A stretch of DNA of 59,659 nt, from contig JANLHG010000020.1 in the NCBI GenBank assembly GCA_024654575.1, forward strand, positions 121,991 through 181,649, written 5' to 3'. Shown here piece by piece: positions 28,800 to 37,352 of this stretch. Numbering within the stretch: position 1 is the stretch's first letter; each line of letters opens with the position of its first letter. The notes below the pieces were generated by a model. It made no database searches, was not told the DNA's origin, and saw only the letters and a program-made list of their open reading frames with translations. Origin of the DNA: Patescibacteria group bacterium (lineage in GTDB: Bacteria > Patescibacteriota > Minisyncoccia > Phycocordibacterales > PALSA-1337). Both the position numbers and the translations under genes were made by a program.

Positions 28800-30818
28800 T
28801 TAAATATCAATTGTTGCCTTTTTGGCATTTGATTGAATAAAGGCTTTTCTCGCAGGTACATCTGTTCCCATCAACATATCAAAAACTTTATCGGCTTCCT
28901 GTGCGTCATCAATATTAACTTGCTTAAGAACTCGTCTTTCTGGGTCCATAGTAGTTTCCCAGAGTTCTTCAGAATTCATTTCTCCCAAACCTTTATATCT
29001 TTGAATATGAATTTTCGGCGACTTAACATCTTCAAGGATTTCTGTTTCAAGTAAATCATTAATTTCTTCTATAACTGGAACATCTTTCCCAAGTGCTTTA
29101 TTTTTTTCTTCATCTGTATAGTAATAAGAAACTTCTTTTCCTTTTTTCACTTTATAAAGTGGCGGTTGAGCAATATAAATAAATCCTCCATCAATCAGTG
29201 GTTTAAAATAACGATAAAGCAAAGTCAAAAGTAAAGTTCTAATGTGTGCTCCGTCAACATCGGCATCGGTGGCAATAATAACTTTATGATAACGAAGTTT
29301 TGTGATATCAAACGTATCACCGATCGCAGTACCAAGTGCTATCACTAGATTTTTAATTTGTTCAGAACCAAGCATTCTATCAAGACGAGCTCTTTCAATA
29401 TTCAAAATCTTTCCTCGTAAAGGTAAAATAGCCTGAGTTCGTCTATCTCTACCAGTCTTTGCTGTACCACCAGCAGAATCCCCCTCTACAATAAATATTT
29501 CTGATTCTGAAGCATCTTTTGTTTGACAATCTGCAAGTTTTCCAGGCAGGGTCATTCCTTCCAATGCTCCTTTTCGTAAAATAGAATCTTTCGCTGCTTT
29601 TGCGGCTTTTCGAGCTTTTAAAGCAAGTACAACCTTATTAATAATAGCTCTTGCGTCATCCGGATTTTCTTCAAGAAAAGCTCCAAAGGCATCACCAAAA
29701 ACCTCTTCAATTATTCCTCGTGCTTCTACCGTTCCAAGTTTAGCTTTAGTCTGTCCTTCAAATTGAATATCTCTAATTTTGACAGAAATAACCGCAGTTA
29801 AACCTTCTAAAACATCTTCTCCAGTAAAATTATCTTCACTATCTTTTATAAGGTTATTTTTTCGTCCATAAGCATTAAGAGTCCTAGTAAGTGCAGTTTT
29901 AAAACCTGTAAGATGTGTTCCTCCTTCACTGGTATAAATATTATTAGCAAAAGGCAAAATCCTAGATGATATATCGTCAATATATTGAAGAGCTATTTCT
30001 GCCGATTCATATTCATTAGTTTTTTTCTCAACATAAAAAATATTTTTGTGAATTGGTTTTTGAAGTTGATTTTGAAATTTTACCAAAGACATAAGTCCTC
30101 CTTCAAAATAAAATGATTGAGATGGTACTTCTAATTCTAATTCTCGTAAATAAAAAACATCTGCTAAATCAATTTTTTCCTTTACTTCTCGTGCATCTAT
30201 AACATTAATACGCAAACCTTTTACAAGATATGCTTGTTGGCGAAGATGACCAAAAATTCTTTCAAAATCAAAAGTAACTTCTTTAAAAATTTCAATATCT
30301 GGTTCAAAAGTAACAATCGTACCACTTAATTTAGTATTACCGATTTTCTTGACATTAGCTTTCTTTTTACCTTGAGAATATTGTTGAATATAAATACCAC
30401 CATCTTTATGTACTACCACTTCACAAAAAATAGAAAGAGCGTTCACTACTGACGCTCCCACTCCATGCAGACCTCCAGAAACTTTATATCCCTCTCCTCC
30501 AAATTTACCACCAGCATGAAGAACTGTCATAATCGTTTCCAGTGCAGATACTTTTGTTTGTTTATGAATATCAATTGGAATACCTCTTCCATTATCAACT
30601 ACTCGTACACGATTACCCGGCAAAAGAACAACTTCAATATCATCAGCAAAACCACCCATTGCTTCATCGCGTGAGTTATCAAAAATCTCTGTGATTAAAT
30701 GATGTAATCCATCTGGACCTGTAGTACCAATATACATTCCTGGACGCTTTCTTACCGGATCAAGTCCTTCTAATACAGTAATATGTTCCGCACCATATGC
30801 ACCTTTTTTATTAGCCAT
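28800..30818 (-). CDS. gyrB: DNA gyrase subunit B
   Basis: VRKRPGMYIG, GGLHGVG, VEGDSAGG, PLRGK, RYKGLGEMN. Confidence 0.97.
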   Translation of the reverse strand: MANKKGAYGAEHITVLEGLDPVRKRPGMYIGTTGPDGLHHLITEIFDNSRDEAMGGFADDIEVVLLPGNRVRVVDNGRGIPIDIHKQTKVSALETIMTVLHAGGKFGGEGYKVSGGLHGVGASVVNALSIFCEVVVHKDGGIYIQQYSQGKKKANVKKIGNTKLSGTIVTFEPDIEIFKEVTFDFERIFGHLRQQAYLVKGLRINVIDAREVKEKIDLADVFYLRELELEVPSQSFYFEGGLMSLVKFQNQLQKPIHKNIFYVEKKTNEYESAEIALQYIDDISSRILPFANNIYTSEGGTHLTGFKTALTRTLNAYGRKNNLIKDSEDNFTGEDVLEGLTAVISVKIRDIQFEGQTKAKLGTVEARGIIEEVFGDAFGAFLEENPDDARAIINKVVLALKARKAAKAAKDSILRKGALEGMTLPGKLADCQTKDASESEIFIVEGDSAGGTAKTGRDRRTQAILPLRGKILNIERARLDRMLGSEQIKNLVIALGTAIGDTFDITKLRYHKVIIATDADVDGAHIRTLLLTLLYRYFKPLIDGGFIYIAQPPLYKVKKGKEVSYYYTDEEKNKALGKDVPVIEEINDLLETEILEDVKSPKIHIQRYKGLGEMNSEELWETTMDPERRVLKQVNIDDAQEADKVFDMLMGTDVPARKAFIQSNAKKATIDI

Positions 30819-30867
30819 ATAAGTATAAGTATAGCAAAATATTCTATATTAAGCTAGAATATATACC

Positions 30868-32001
30868 ATGCTTATTGTGACCAAACAAGAAGAAAAAAAG
30901 ATAAGGGAAAAATTAGAGAAAAGGCAGGATATAGAAGCTATACGAATAAAGAAATACTTAGCAATGCCTGATTTATCTAGGACTAAAGACAATCCGATAA
31001 ATGAGCTTATAGAAAAAATTACTGTATTACCTATATTTAATAAATTCGATCAAATAAATATACCAGAAATAGTTCCGGCAAAGGAAAGTTTCGACCTATT
31101 CGATTTCCCAGCCAATCATCCAGCTAGAAGTAAAAGTGATACATACTATCTAGATAAAGAAAATATTTTACGTACCCATACTACAGTTATGTGGTATTAC
31201 TATTTCAATTTACCAGAAATAAAGAAAAGATTGAAGAATAATGAAGAAATAGGAGTTATATCATATGGTAAAGTCTACAGAAAAGATGAAATTGATAGGA
31301 ATCATATGAATGTATTCCATCAAATAGACGGACTTTATTTATGTCAAAATAAAGACAAGGTTATTAAACAAAATGATTTACAAGATGTACTAATAGAAAT
31401 AGCTCAAGCCGTTTTCGGTAAAAATATAAAGTACAAATTCAATCCAGATACTTTTCCATATACATACAATAGTTTAGAAATGGAAGTAGATAAGGGAGGT
31501 AAATGGATAGAAATTCTAGGAGCAGGTATAGTACAACCAACTGTATTAGAGAAATTAGGTGTAGATTCAAAAAAATACAATGGCTGGGCCTTCGGCTTCG
31601 GTCTAGAACGCTTGGCTATAATAAATATGGAGCTTCCTGACATAAGACTATTGTGGTCAGATGATACTAGAGTGAAAAAGCAATTGAAACTCGATCATAA
31701 ATTCGTTGAGGTTAGCAAATACCCTCCTATAGTGCGTGATATATCATTTATAGTAAAAAATAGTTTTATTCCTAATGATTATTTCGATCTTGTGAGAGAG
31801 ACAGTGCCGGAAATAGTAGAACAAGTCGAGCTTATCGATAAATATGAGAATGAGAAAAAATTCGGAAAAGATAAGATAAGTTACGCTTATAGAATTACTT
31901 ATCGTTCACTAGACCATACACTTACTAGTGAAGAAATAGATACTATGCACAAAAAAATAGAAGCCATAACAACCGAAACATTCAAGGCTGTTATTCGCTA
32001 A
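30868..32001 (+). CDS. pheS: Phenylalanyl-tRNA synthetase catalytic domain fused to FDX-ACB anticodon-binding domain (monomeric type)
   Basis: HPARSKSDTYY, LRTHTT, FHQIDG, FPYT, GWAFGFGLERL; C-terminal YPPIVRDISF...YRSLDHTLT. Confidence 0.92.
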   Translation: MLIVTKQEEKKIREKLEKRQDIEAIRIKKYLAMPDLSRTKDNPINELIEKITVLPIFNKFDQINIPEIVPAKESFDLFDFPANHPARSKSDTYYLDKENILRTHTTVMWYYYFNLPEIKKRLKNNEEIGVISYGKVYRKDEIDRNHMNVFHQIDGLYLCQNKDKVIKQNDLQDVLIEIAQAVFGKNIKYKFNPDTFPYTYNSLEMEVDKGGKWIEILGAGIVQPTVLEKLGVDSKKYNGWAFGFGLERLAIINMELPDIRLLWSDDTRVKKQLKLDHKFVEVSKYPPIVRDISFIVKNSFIPNDYFDLVRETVPEIVEQVELIDKYENEKKFGKDKISYAYRITYRSLDHTLTSEEIDTMHKKIEAITTETFKAVIR

Positions 32002-32206
32002 CAAAGACAAATCTTGATACTTTTTTACCATTTATTTCAACTTTTTCTGTAAACATAGAAACTGGTCGTACCCAAAATTTACTCTTTTTATTTTCATACA
32101 ATGCTTCATATACAACCAAATCTTCAAGAGTTTCTGAATGCTTTGCTATAAAATGTGTCCGATATAAATTCTTTGTTTTTGAATGTTTATATACGCCAAT
32201 TTTCAT
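31991..32206 (-). CDS. DUF1653-family protein
   Basis: YKHSK..Y, HSETLEDLVVYEALY, WVRPVSMF. Confidence 0.85.
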   Translation of the reverse strand: MKIGVYKHSKTKNLYRTHFIAKHSETLEDLVVYEALYENKKSKFWVRPVSMFTEKVEINGKKVSRFVFVSE

Positions 32207-32219
32207 AAATTTTTACCGG

Positions 32220-32292
32220 AGCCGCCTCTCGGACTCGAACCGAGGACCTTCGCTTTACAAAAGCGTTGCTCTACCAACTGAGCTAAGGCGGC
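32220..32292 (-). tRNA. tRNA-Thr(TGT), CCA not encoded
   Basis: GCCGCCT acceptor, AGCTCAGTTGGTAGAGC D-arm, CGCT-TTTGTAA-AGCG, GGTTCGAGTCC. Confidence 0.95.
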
Positions 32293-32296
32293 TTGT

Positions 32297-32533
32297 TTAT
32301 ATTCTTTTTTTTAAGTAACTTCTACCAAATCCTGTTTTTAAAGATTTTTCTCTTTCAATTGCTTTTTTCTTATCACGACATGCTTCATAATACATTAATT
32401 TAAAAGGACGTCTATTCTTTGTTATCTTAACTAATCCACTATTATGTTCCTCTATACGCTTTTTAAGGTTAGAAGAAAATCCTATATAAAGTTTATCATC
32501 TTTCTCACTTTTTAAAACATAAGTATAAAACAT
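32297..32533 (-). CDS. Stand-alone GIY-YIG endonuclease (78 aa)
   Basis: YTYVL..LYIGFSSNL..R..EHN, RRPF, A..REK.LK. Confidence 0.93.
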   Translation of the reverse strand: MFYTYVLKSEKDDKLYIGFSSNLKKRIEEHNSGLVKITKNRRPFKLMYYEACRDKKKAIEREKSLKTGFGRSYLKKRI

Positions 32534-32551
32534 AACTTTCTACATATAGAC

Positions 32552-32607
32552 ACCAACTCCTGCCCGCAATGCTTCGCATAGCGATGCAGGCGGGGAGCTA
32601 AGGCGGC
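32552..32607 (-). repeat. Duplicate of tRNA-Thr nt 1-20 interrupted by a 36-bp palindromic element (32559-32594)
   Basis: GCCGCCTTAGCTC[CCCGCCTGCATCGCTATGCGAAGCATTGCGGGCAGG]AGTTGGT; the flanks match the tRNA 5' end exactly. Confidence 0.9.
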
Positions 32608-32626
32608 AATATTTAATGTAACAATT

Positions 32627-33034
32627 TTACAATGTGTTATTACTTCTCTTACTTTCCTCCACAATGTGTTTGAGGAAAAAAGAGACCGACCCTTTCCTCT
32701 TTATCACACCTTTGCCGAGAACCATATTAATAGGACTAGATGGTTTATTTTCCAAGTGTTTTTTAATTACTTGTTTTAATTTCATATAAAGTTTATGACA
32801 AGCGAGCAACACATGATAAATTATAAACCTTCCAAGAAGTATTGCGTTGCGTTTATTAACAAAAGAAAAAGTAATCTTAATTTTAGCAATTTGATTATGA
32901 ATTACATGGTTAGTATTGTCGCTTATTTTACTGAGAATAGATTTTTTACCAGTCTTAGCTTCAATAAGTTTCGTAACAAACATTATAATAATGCCAGCAA
33001 GTGATATTATGAGAAATATTGTTGCAGTGTTCAT
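32627..33034 (-). CDS. Hypothetical membrane-anchored protein
   Basis: N-terminal hydrophobic helix, Lys-rich. Confidence 0.7.
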   Translation of the reverse strand: MNTATIFLIISLAGIIIMFVTKLIEAKTGKKSILSKISDNTNHVIHNQIAKIKITFSFVNKRNAILLGRFIIYHVLLACHKLYMKLKQVIKKHLENKPSSPINMVLGKGVIKRKGSVSFFLKHIVEESKRSNNTL

Positions 33035-33039
33035 AATTA

Positions 33040-33498
33040 TTATTCTTTAACATCGTAACGTGAATAATTTGATAATTCTATTTTTTCTCCAAATTTTTGA
33101 GAAGCTGAATCAATCAGATTTTTTATAGTCATTTCTGGATTTTTAATAAATGATTGTCCCAAAAGAACATCAATTGATTCTGATTTCATAGCCGTAATAT
33201 GCATAGCGATATCATGTGCAAGTTTTATAAATTCTTCATTACCAGATACGAAATCTGTCTCCGAACGCAATACCAAAATAGTACCTGAAGTACCATTATT
33301 ATGGATATAAGAAGAAACCGTACCTGCTTTTAATTCCCTATCCATTTTTTTATTTGCAAACTCAACACTCTTTTCTTGCAAAAAAACAATAGCTTTTTCT
33401 GTATCACCGCCAGTTTCTTCAAGGGCTTTTCTGCATTGCATAATAGATACGCCGGTTTTGTCACGTAATATTTTTATTTGTTCTGCAGTTATATTCAT
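33040..33498 (-). CDS. tsf: Elongation factor Ts (short form)
   Basis: LRDKTGVSIMQCRKAL, SETDFV; downstream of rpsB. Confidence 0.95.
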   Translation of the reverse strand: MNITAEQIKILRDKTGVSIMQCRKALEETGGDTEKAIVFLQEKSVEFANKKMDRELKAGTVSSYIHNNGTSGTILVLRSETDFVSGNEEFIKLAHDIAMHITAMKSESIDVLLGQSFIKNPEMTIKNLIDSASQKFGEKIELSNYSRYDVKE

Positions 33499-33510
33499 TT
33501 TTATTATTTA

Positions 33511-34197
33511 TTACTTATAAGAGTTTACAATTTCTTGAACAAAAAACTTTATACTAGAAACAGAAGAATCATTTCCAGGAATCGGATAATCAACGATATT
33601 AATATTACAATCTGAACCAGCCAAGGCAATAACAGGCACACCCATATCAAAAGCTTCTTTAACCGCAATTTTTTCTCTTTTTGGGTCAATAACAAACAAG
33701 GCTGATGGTTTTGCTTTCATAGGTATAAGTCCAGAGAAAAATCTATCCAAATTAACAATTTCTCTATCAATCAATAGTCTTTCTTTTTTAGTATACTTTA
33801 TTAATTCACCCTTCTCCTTTTGAAAAGTAAGAGTCTCTAATTTTTCAATTCTTTTCTTAATCTCGCCGAAATTAGTAAGCGTTCCACCAATCCATCGTCC
33901 AGCTACATAAGGCATTCCCAGTCCTTGAGCAGCTAGTTTTATTGTCTCTTGTGATTCATTTTTTCCACCAACAAAGAGAATCTGCTTACTTTCAGAAGCT
34001 AATTGTTTAACAAATTCCTTAGCCTTATCAAGAAGTATTTTAGTCTTCTCAAGGTCAAAAATTTCTACCTTGTTTTTTACTCCAAAAATATAAGGTTTTG
34101 TAGCAGGATGTCGACGCGACTTTGCAAATCCGAAATGAGTTCCGGCTTTAAACATACTCTCAATAACACTATCGTCAGCTTTTTCTTTAATTTCCAT
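33511..34197 (-). CDS. rpsB: 30S ribosomal protein S2 (start at MEIKE)
   Basis: AGTHFG, RWIGGTLTNF, IPGND. Confidence 0.97.
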   Translation of the reverse strand: MEIKEKADDSVIESMFKAGTHFGFAKSRRHPATKPYIFGVKNKVEIFDLEKTKILLDKAKEFVKQLASESKQILFVGGKNESQETIKLAAQGLGMPYVAGRWIGGTLTNFGEIKKRIEKLETLTFQKEKGELIKYTKKERLLIDREIVNLDRFFSGLIPMKAKPSALFVIDPKREKIAVKEAFDMGVPVIALAGSDCNINIVDYPIPGNDSSVSSIKFFVQEIVNSYK

Positions 34198-34235
34198 ATA
34201 TCGAAATATTATCAAATTGTGTCTATCTTTGCAAC

Positions 34236-35612
34236 CTAAACGCCCTTACTACCTTTTTTGTATATTTTAAGAGGGGTATTGCTCATTATTTTGATAAGAG
34301 GGGTAATAAACTTCCAAGCATATTTAACTTCATCAGTACTGGCGAACAATGTTTGGTCACCAGAAATAGCATCTAAAATAACTCTTTCATAAGCATCAGG
34401 AATAGGATTGGCTATACCCCAATCAGAATATTTAAAACTTAGTGTTTTTGGTTCAATATTTACTCCAAAACCAGGTGTCTTAACCCAAAATCTAATTTGA
34501 ATAATTTCGTTTGGCTGAATTCTAAAAGTCAAAACATTTGTGGATTTTGGATTAATTTTATTTTTAAAGTAAATATTTATCTCTGATTTATTTTTATAAA
34601 GGGCTTTACCTGTTTCAAGAGAAAAAGGAACTCCTTTCCAGCGACTATTATTAATATAAGTAATCAATCTAAAATATGTTTCTGTTTTGCTTTCAGCTTT
34701 TACTCCAGATTCTGACAAATAACCTTCATATTGTCCCCGTGTTAAAAATTTTGAGAGATTTCTATCCTTAACTGGCATTAAATGTTTGAAAACATCGGCT
34801 CTACCCGCACGAATCATTTTAGGATTTAAATTTTTTGGATGTTCCATAGCTACGAGTGCTAACATTTGTAACAAATGATTTTGACCAACATCTTTAATGG
34901 CTCCAATATCATCATAAAAACCACCCCGACCTTCCATTCCGATACTTTCAAGAAGTTTTATTTCCACACCTTCAATAAAATTATTATTCCAAAGTGGTTC
35001 AAAAAGAGAATTAGCAAAACGAAAGGCTAAAATATTTTGCATTGCCTCTTTAGCTAAATAATGGTCAATTCTAAAAATCTGATTTTCATTAAATAATTTT
35101 CCTAAAAGAGCATCTAATTTTTGAGCAGTAGCAAGGTCATTACCGAAAGGTTTTTCTACAAGCACTCGTGTCCAACCTTCATCGCCACCACAAGGAATAG
35201 TCATTCCTGAAGACGCTAAATTGGCTAGTATTTTTTCATAAAAAACTGGAGCGACAGACAAGTGAAAAAGTTTGTTTGAACATTGTTTCCAATATTCATC
35301 AATTTTTTTAAGGGTTAGAAATAAACGCTCATATGAATCTACATCATCAAAATAACCTTGTTCATAAACAATGTGGTCAAGAAAATGTTTTATTTCTTCA
35401 CCTTTATATTGACCAGATTTAACATTCATCTCATCACGAATAAGTTGTCTAAATTCTTCACGAGTAAATGAACGACGCGAAAATCCAACGATAAAAAATT
35501 TTTTAGGTAAAACTTTTTTTACATACAAACTCAAAAGTGCAGGTAAAAGTTTCCTTTGTGCAAGATCACCAGTAATTCCAAAAATAACAAAAATGGTAGG
35601 CACTGTATTCAT
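34236..35612 (-). CDS. zwf: Glucose-6-phosphate 1-dehydrogenase
   Basis: GITGDLA, EKPFG, RIDHYLAKE, DVGQNHL. Confidence 0.97.
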   Translation of the reverse strand: MNTVPTIFVIFGITGDLAQRKLLPALLSLYVKKVLPKKFFIVGFSRRSFTREEFRQLIRDEMNVKSGQYKGEEIKHFLDHIVYEQGYFDDVDSYERLFLTLKKIDEYWKQCSNKLFHLSVAPVFYEKILANLASSGMTIPCGGDEGWTRVLVEKPFGNDLATAQKLDALLGKLFNENQIFRIDHYLAKEAMQNILAFRFANSLFEPLWNNNFIEGVEIKLLESIGMEGRGGFYDDIGAIKDVGQNHLLQMLALVAMEHPKNLNPKMIRAGRADVFKHLMPVKDRNLSKFLTRGQYEGYLSESGVKAESKTETYFRLITYINNSRWKGVPFSLETGKALYKNKSEINIYFKNKINPKSTNVLTFRIQPNEIIQIRFWVKTPGFGVNIEPKTLSFKYSDWGIANPIPDAYERVILDAISGDQTLFASTDEVKYAWKFITPLIKIMSNTPLKIYKKGSKGV

Positions 35613-35648
35613 GCAATATATTATTGCATATCAGCAGACTTATTCATA

Positions 35649-35786
35649 TTATTTCTTAAACAATTCTTCAAAAAGCGAGACGACAACATGGATAACAAAC
35701 GCCACCACTAAAATAGCAAGTATAAAAAGCCCTGCTTTTACAAGAAAGACAACTATGGTCACAAATCCTTCGGTGATATTAAGCAT
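35649..35786 (-). CDS. 45-aa hydrophobic small protein, not in ORF track
   Basis: MLNITEGFVTIVVFLVKAGLFILAILVVAFVIHVVVSLFEELFKK*, with TGCTATAAT upstream. Confidence 0.55.
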   Translation of the reverse strand: MLNITEGFVTIVVFLVKAGLFILAILVVAFVIHVVVSLFEELFKK

Positions 35787-35831
35787 AGTAGGTTGAGGTA
35801 ATTATAGCATTTTTTAGGGATTTTAAATTAT

Positions 35832-36581
35832 TTACTCTATAAAAGTTAGAGCAATCATAGCAAATACTCCCAAAGCCACCGCCGTTAGTTGAAATACAGA
35901 ATGTCTGATTTCTTTTGTTTTGTGAAGTTCAGGAATGAGATCAGCAACCGCAATATAGATAAATCCACCGGCGGTAATGGGGATAAAATACATAGATGAT
36001 GCTTCTGCAACTTCTCCTAAAATAAAGAAAATGACAGCTCCCAAAATAGCTGCGAATGCCGATAAAAAATTTAATAACAGTGCTCGTTTTTTTGTATAAC
36101 CAGAATGAAGAAGTACTGCGAAGTCCCCAATTTCTTGCGGTATCTCGTGCAAAATTACAGCTAGAGTCGTAGCAATGCCGACGGGTACACTTATCATAAA
36201 ACTTGCTCCAATAATTATGCCATCTAAAAAATTATGGACACCGTCTGATAAAAGTACCAGCTTGCCTACTGGATGAATTCCAACTTCTTCTTTATCTTCG
36301 CCATGATGATGCCAATGTAGAAACTTTTCTAAAACAAAAAAGAAAATTATCCCAACAATTACTAAAATACTTGTTAGTGTTACGTTTGTAGAATCTTCTA
36401 ATGCTTCTGGAATAAGATGTATAAAGGCATCGCCTAATAATGCCCCTACTGCGAGACTCATAAATATAAAAATATATTTTCGTAGCACATCTTCTCTTAA
36501 AGAAAGCGCAAAAACTCCTACCAATGAAATAAGACTTACCACTGCCACACTTACAAATGTATAAATATATATTGTTGTCAT
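35832..36581 (-). CDS. ZIP-family metal (Zn) transporter
   Basis: HHHG loop, HNFLDG, HEIPQE.GDF. Confidence 0.95.
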   Translation of the reverse strand: MTTIYIYTFVSVAVVSLISLVGVFALSLREDVLRKYIFIFMSLAVGALLGDAFIHLIPEALEDSTNVTLTSILVIVGIIFFFVLEKFLHWHHHGEDKEEVGIHPVGKLVLLSDGVHNFLDGIIIGASFMISVPVGIATTLAVILHEIPQEIGDFAVLLHSGYTKKRALLLNFLSAFAAILGAVIFFILGEVAEASSMYFIPITAGGFIYIAVADLIPELHKTKEIRHSVFQLTAVALGVFAMIALTFIE

Positions 36582-36589
36582 AATGTTTT

Positions 36590-37000
36590 TTACGCACACA
36601 TTCTACAAAGCCCAAAAAGCTCTAAAGAATGTTCCCTTACATTTTTAAACTTAGACGATTTAACGACAATCCCTCCTAAGATTTTTTCTAATTCTGAATT
36701 CTCAAAGTCTTCAATTTCATTACATTTTGTGCAAACAATATGATGATGGTGATCATCGGCTAATTCAAAATATGCTGAGTTTTTTCGTAAATTTATTCGT
36801 TTCAATATTCCACAACTTTCTAACGAAAGCAGAGTCCTGTATATGGTCGCTTCATTAGTTTTCCTTAATGCCTTTATTTTTGAAATATTTTTATAAACAA
36901 TTTCTGCGTTAATGGGGAATTTACTTTTGGAAAAAATATCTAATATAGCCAGCCTCGCTGGTGTAGCTTTATAACCCCTTTCATTTAACATTTCTTTCAT
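36590..37000 (-). CDS. Fur-family regulator (probably Zur)
   Basis: ATIYRTL, HHHHIVCTKC, GLCRMC; adjacent to the ZIP gene. Confidence 0.9.
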   Translation of the reverse strand: MKEMLNERGYKATPARLAILDIFSKSKFPINAEIVYKNISKIKALRKTNEATIYRTLLSLESCGILKRINLRKNSAYFELADDHHHHIVCTKCNEIEDFENSELEKILGGIVVKSSKFKNVREHSLELFGLCRMCA

Positions 37001-37020
37001 ATTTTCTATATTATATTAAA

Positions 37021-37035
37021 TGCAAGTTGTTTGCA
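37021..37035. promoter_or_regulatory. Putative Fur/Zur autoregulatory palindrome
   Basis: TGCAA-N5-TTGCA overlapping a TTGCAA-17-TAATAT promoter. Confidence 0.4.
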
Positions 37036-37091
37036 AGTAGAATATGTGGAAAACTATTTCGCATGGAAAGAGTTTTGAAAAAAATGATAGC

Positions 37092-37308
37092 GCGATTTTA
37101 GCTCCCGCAAAATCGCTCCGTTTTCTTAATTCCGACAATGTTTCGTTTGGTGGTGTTTGTTTGAAAAAGTCAGAACCCATTTTGCAGAGAACCCTGAAAA
37201 CTAAAATGGACTCGGCAGGGCGAAACAATTTGTCTGGGGTTTCGGATTCGCCCTGCCTCGGCTGATTTCCCGCCCGCAGGAGGGGTCTAGGGAGGAATGC
37301 GGGCGGGA
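37092..37308. other. GC-rich multi-hairpin att-like region
   Basis: Inverted repeats 37092-37099/37109-37116 (8 bp), 37214-37224/37247-37257 (11 bp), 37268-37278/37298-37308 (11 bp). Confidence 0.6.
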
Positions 37309-37352
37309 TTCGGACTGGGGGTTTTCGGAAATTCGGCGGCATCCATACAGAA

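Noticed and set aside
32220-32607. tRNA intron or split tRNA
   Set aside because: The downstream tRNA-Thr is complete on its own; the upstream piece is a duplication, not a missing half
33040-33498. Short EF-Ts, short Obg, split transketolase and missing rimM as novelties
   Set aside because: Consistent with ordinary streamlining in this kind of genome
37016-37342. ORFs 37016-37342 (-) and 37044-37265 (+) as functional proteins
   Set aside because: They span a hairpin-rich GC region and the fur promoter, and carry no recognisable motifs
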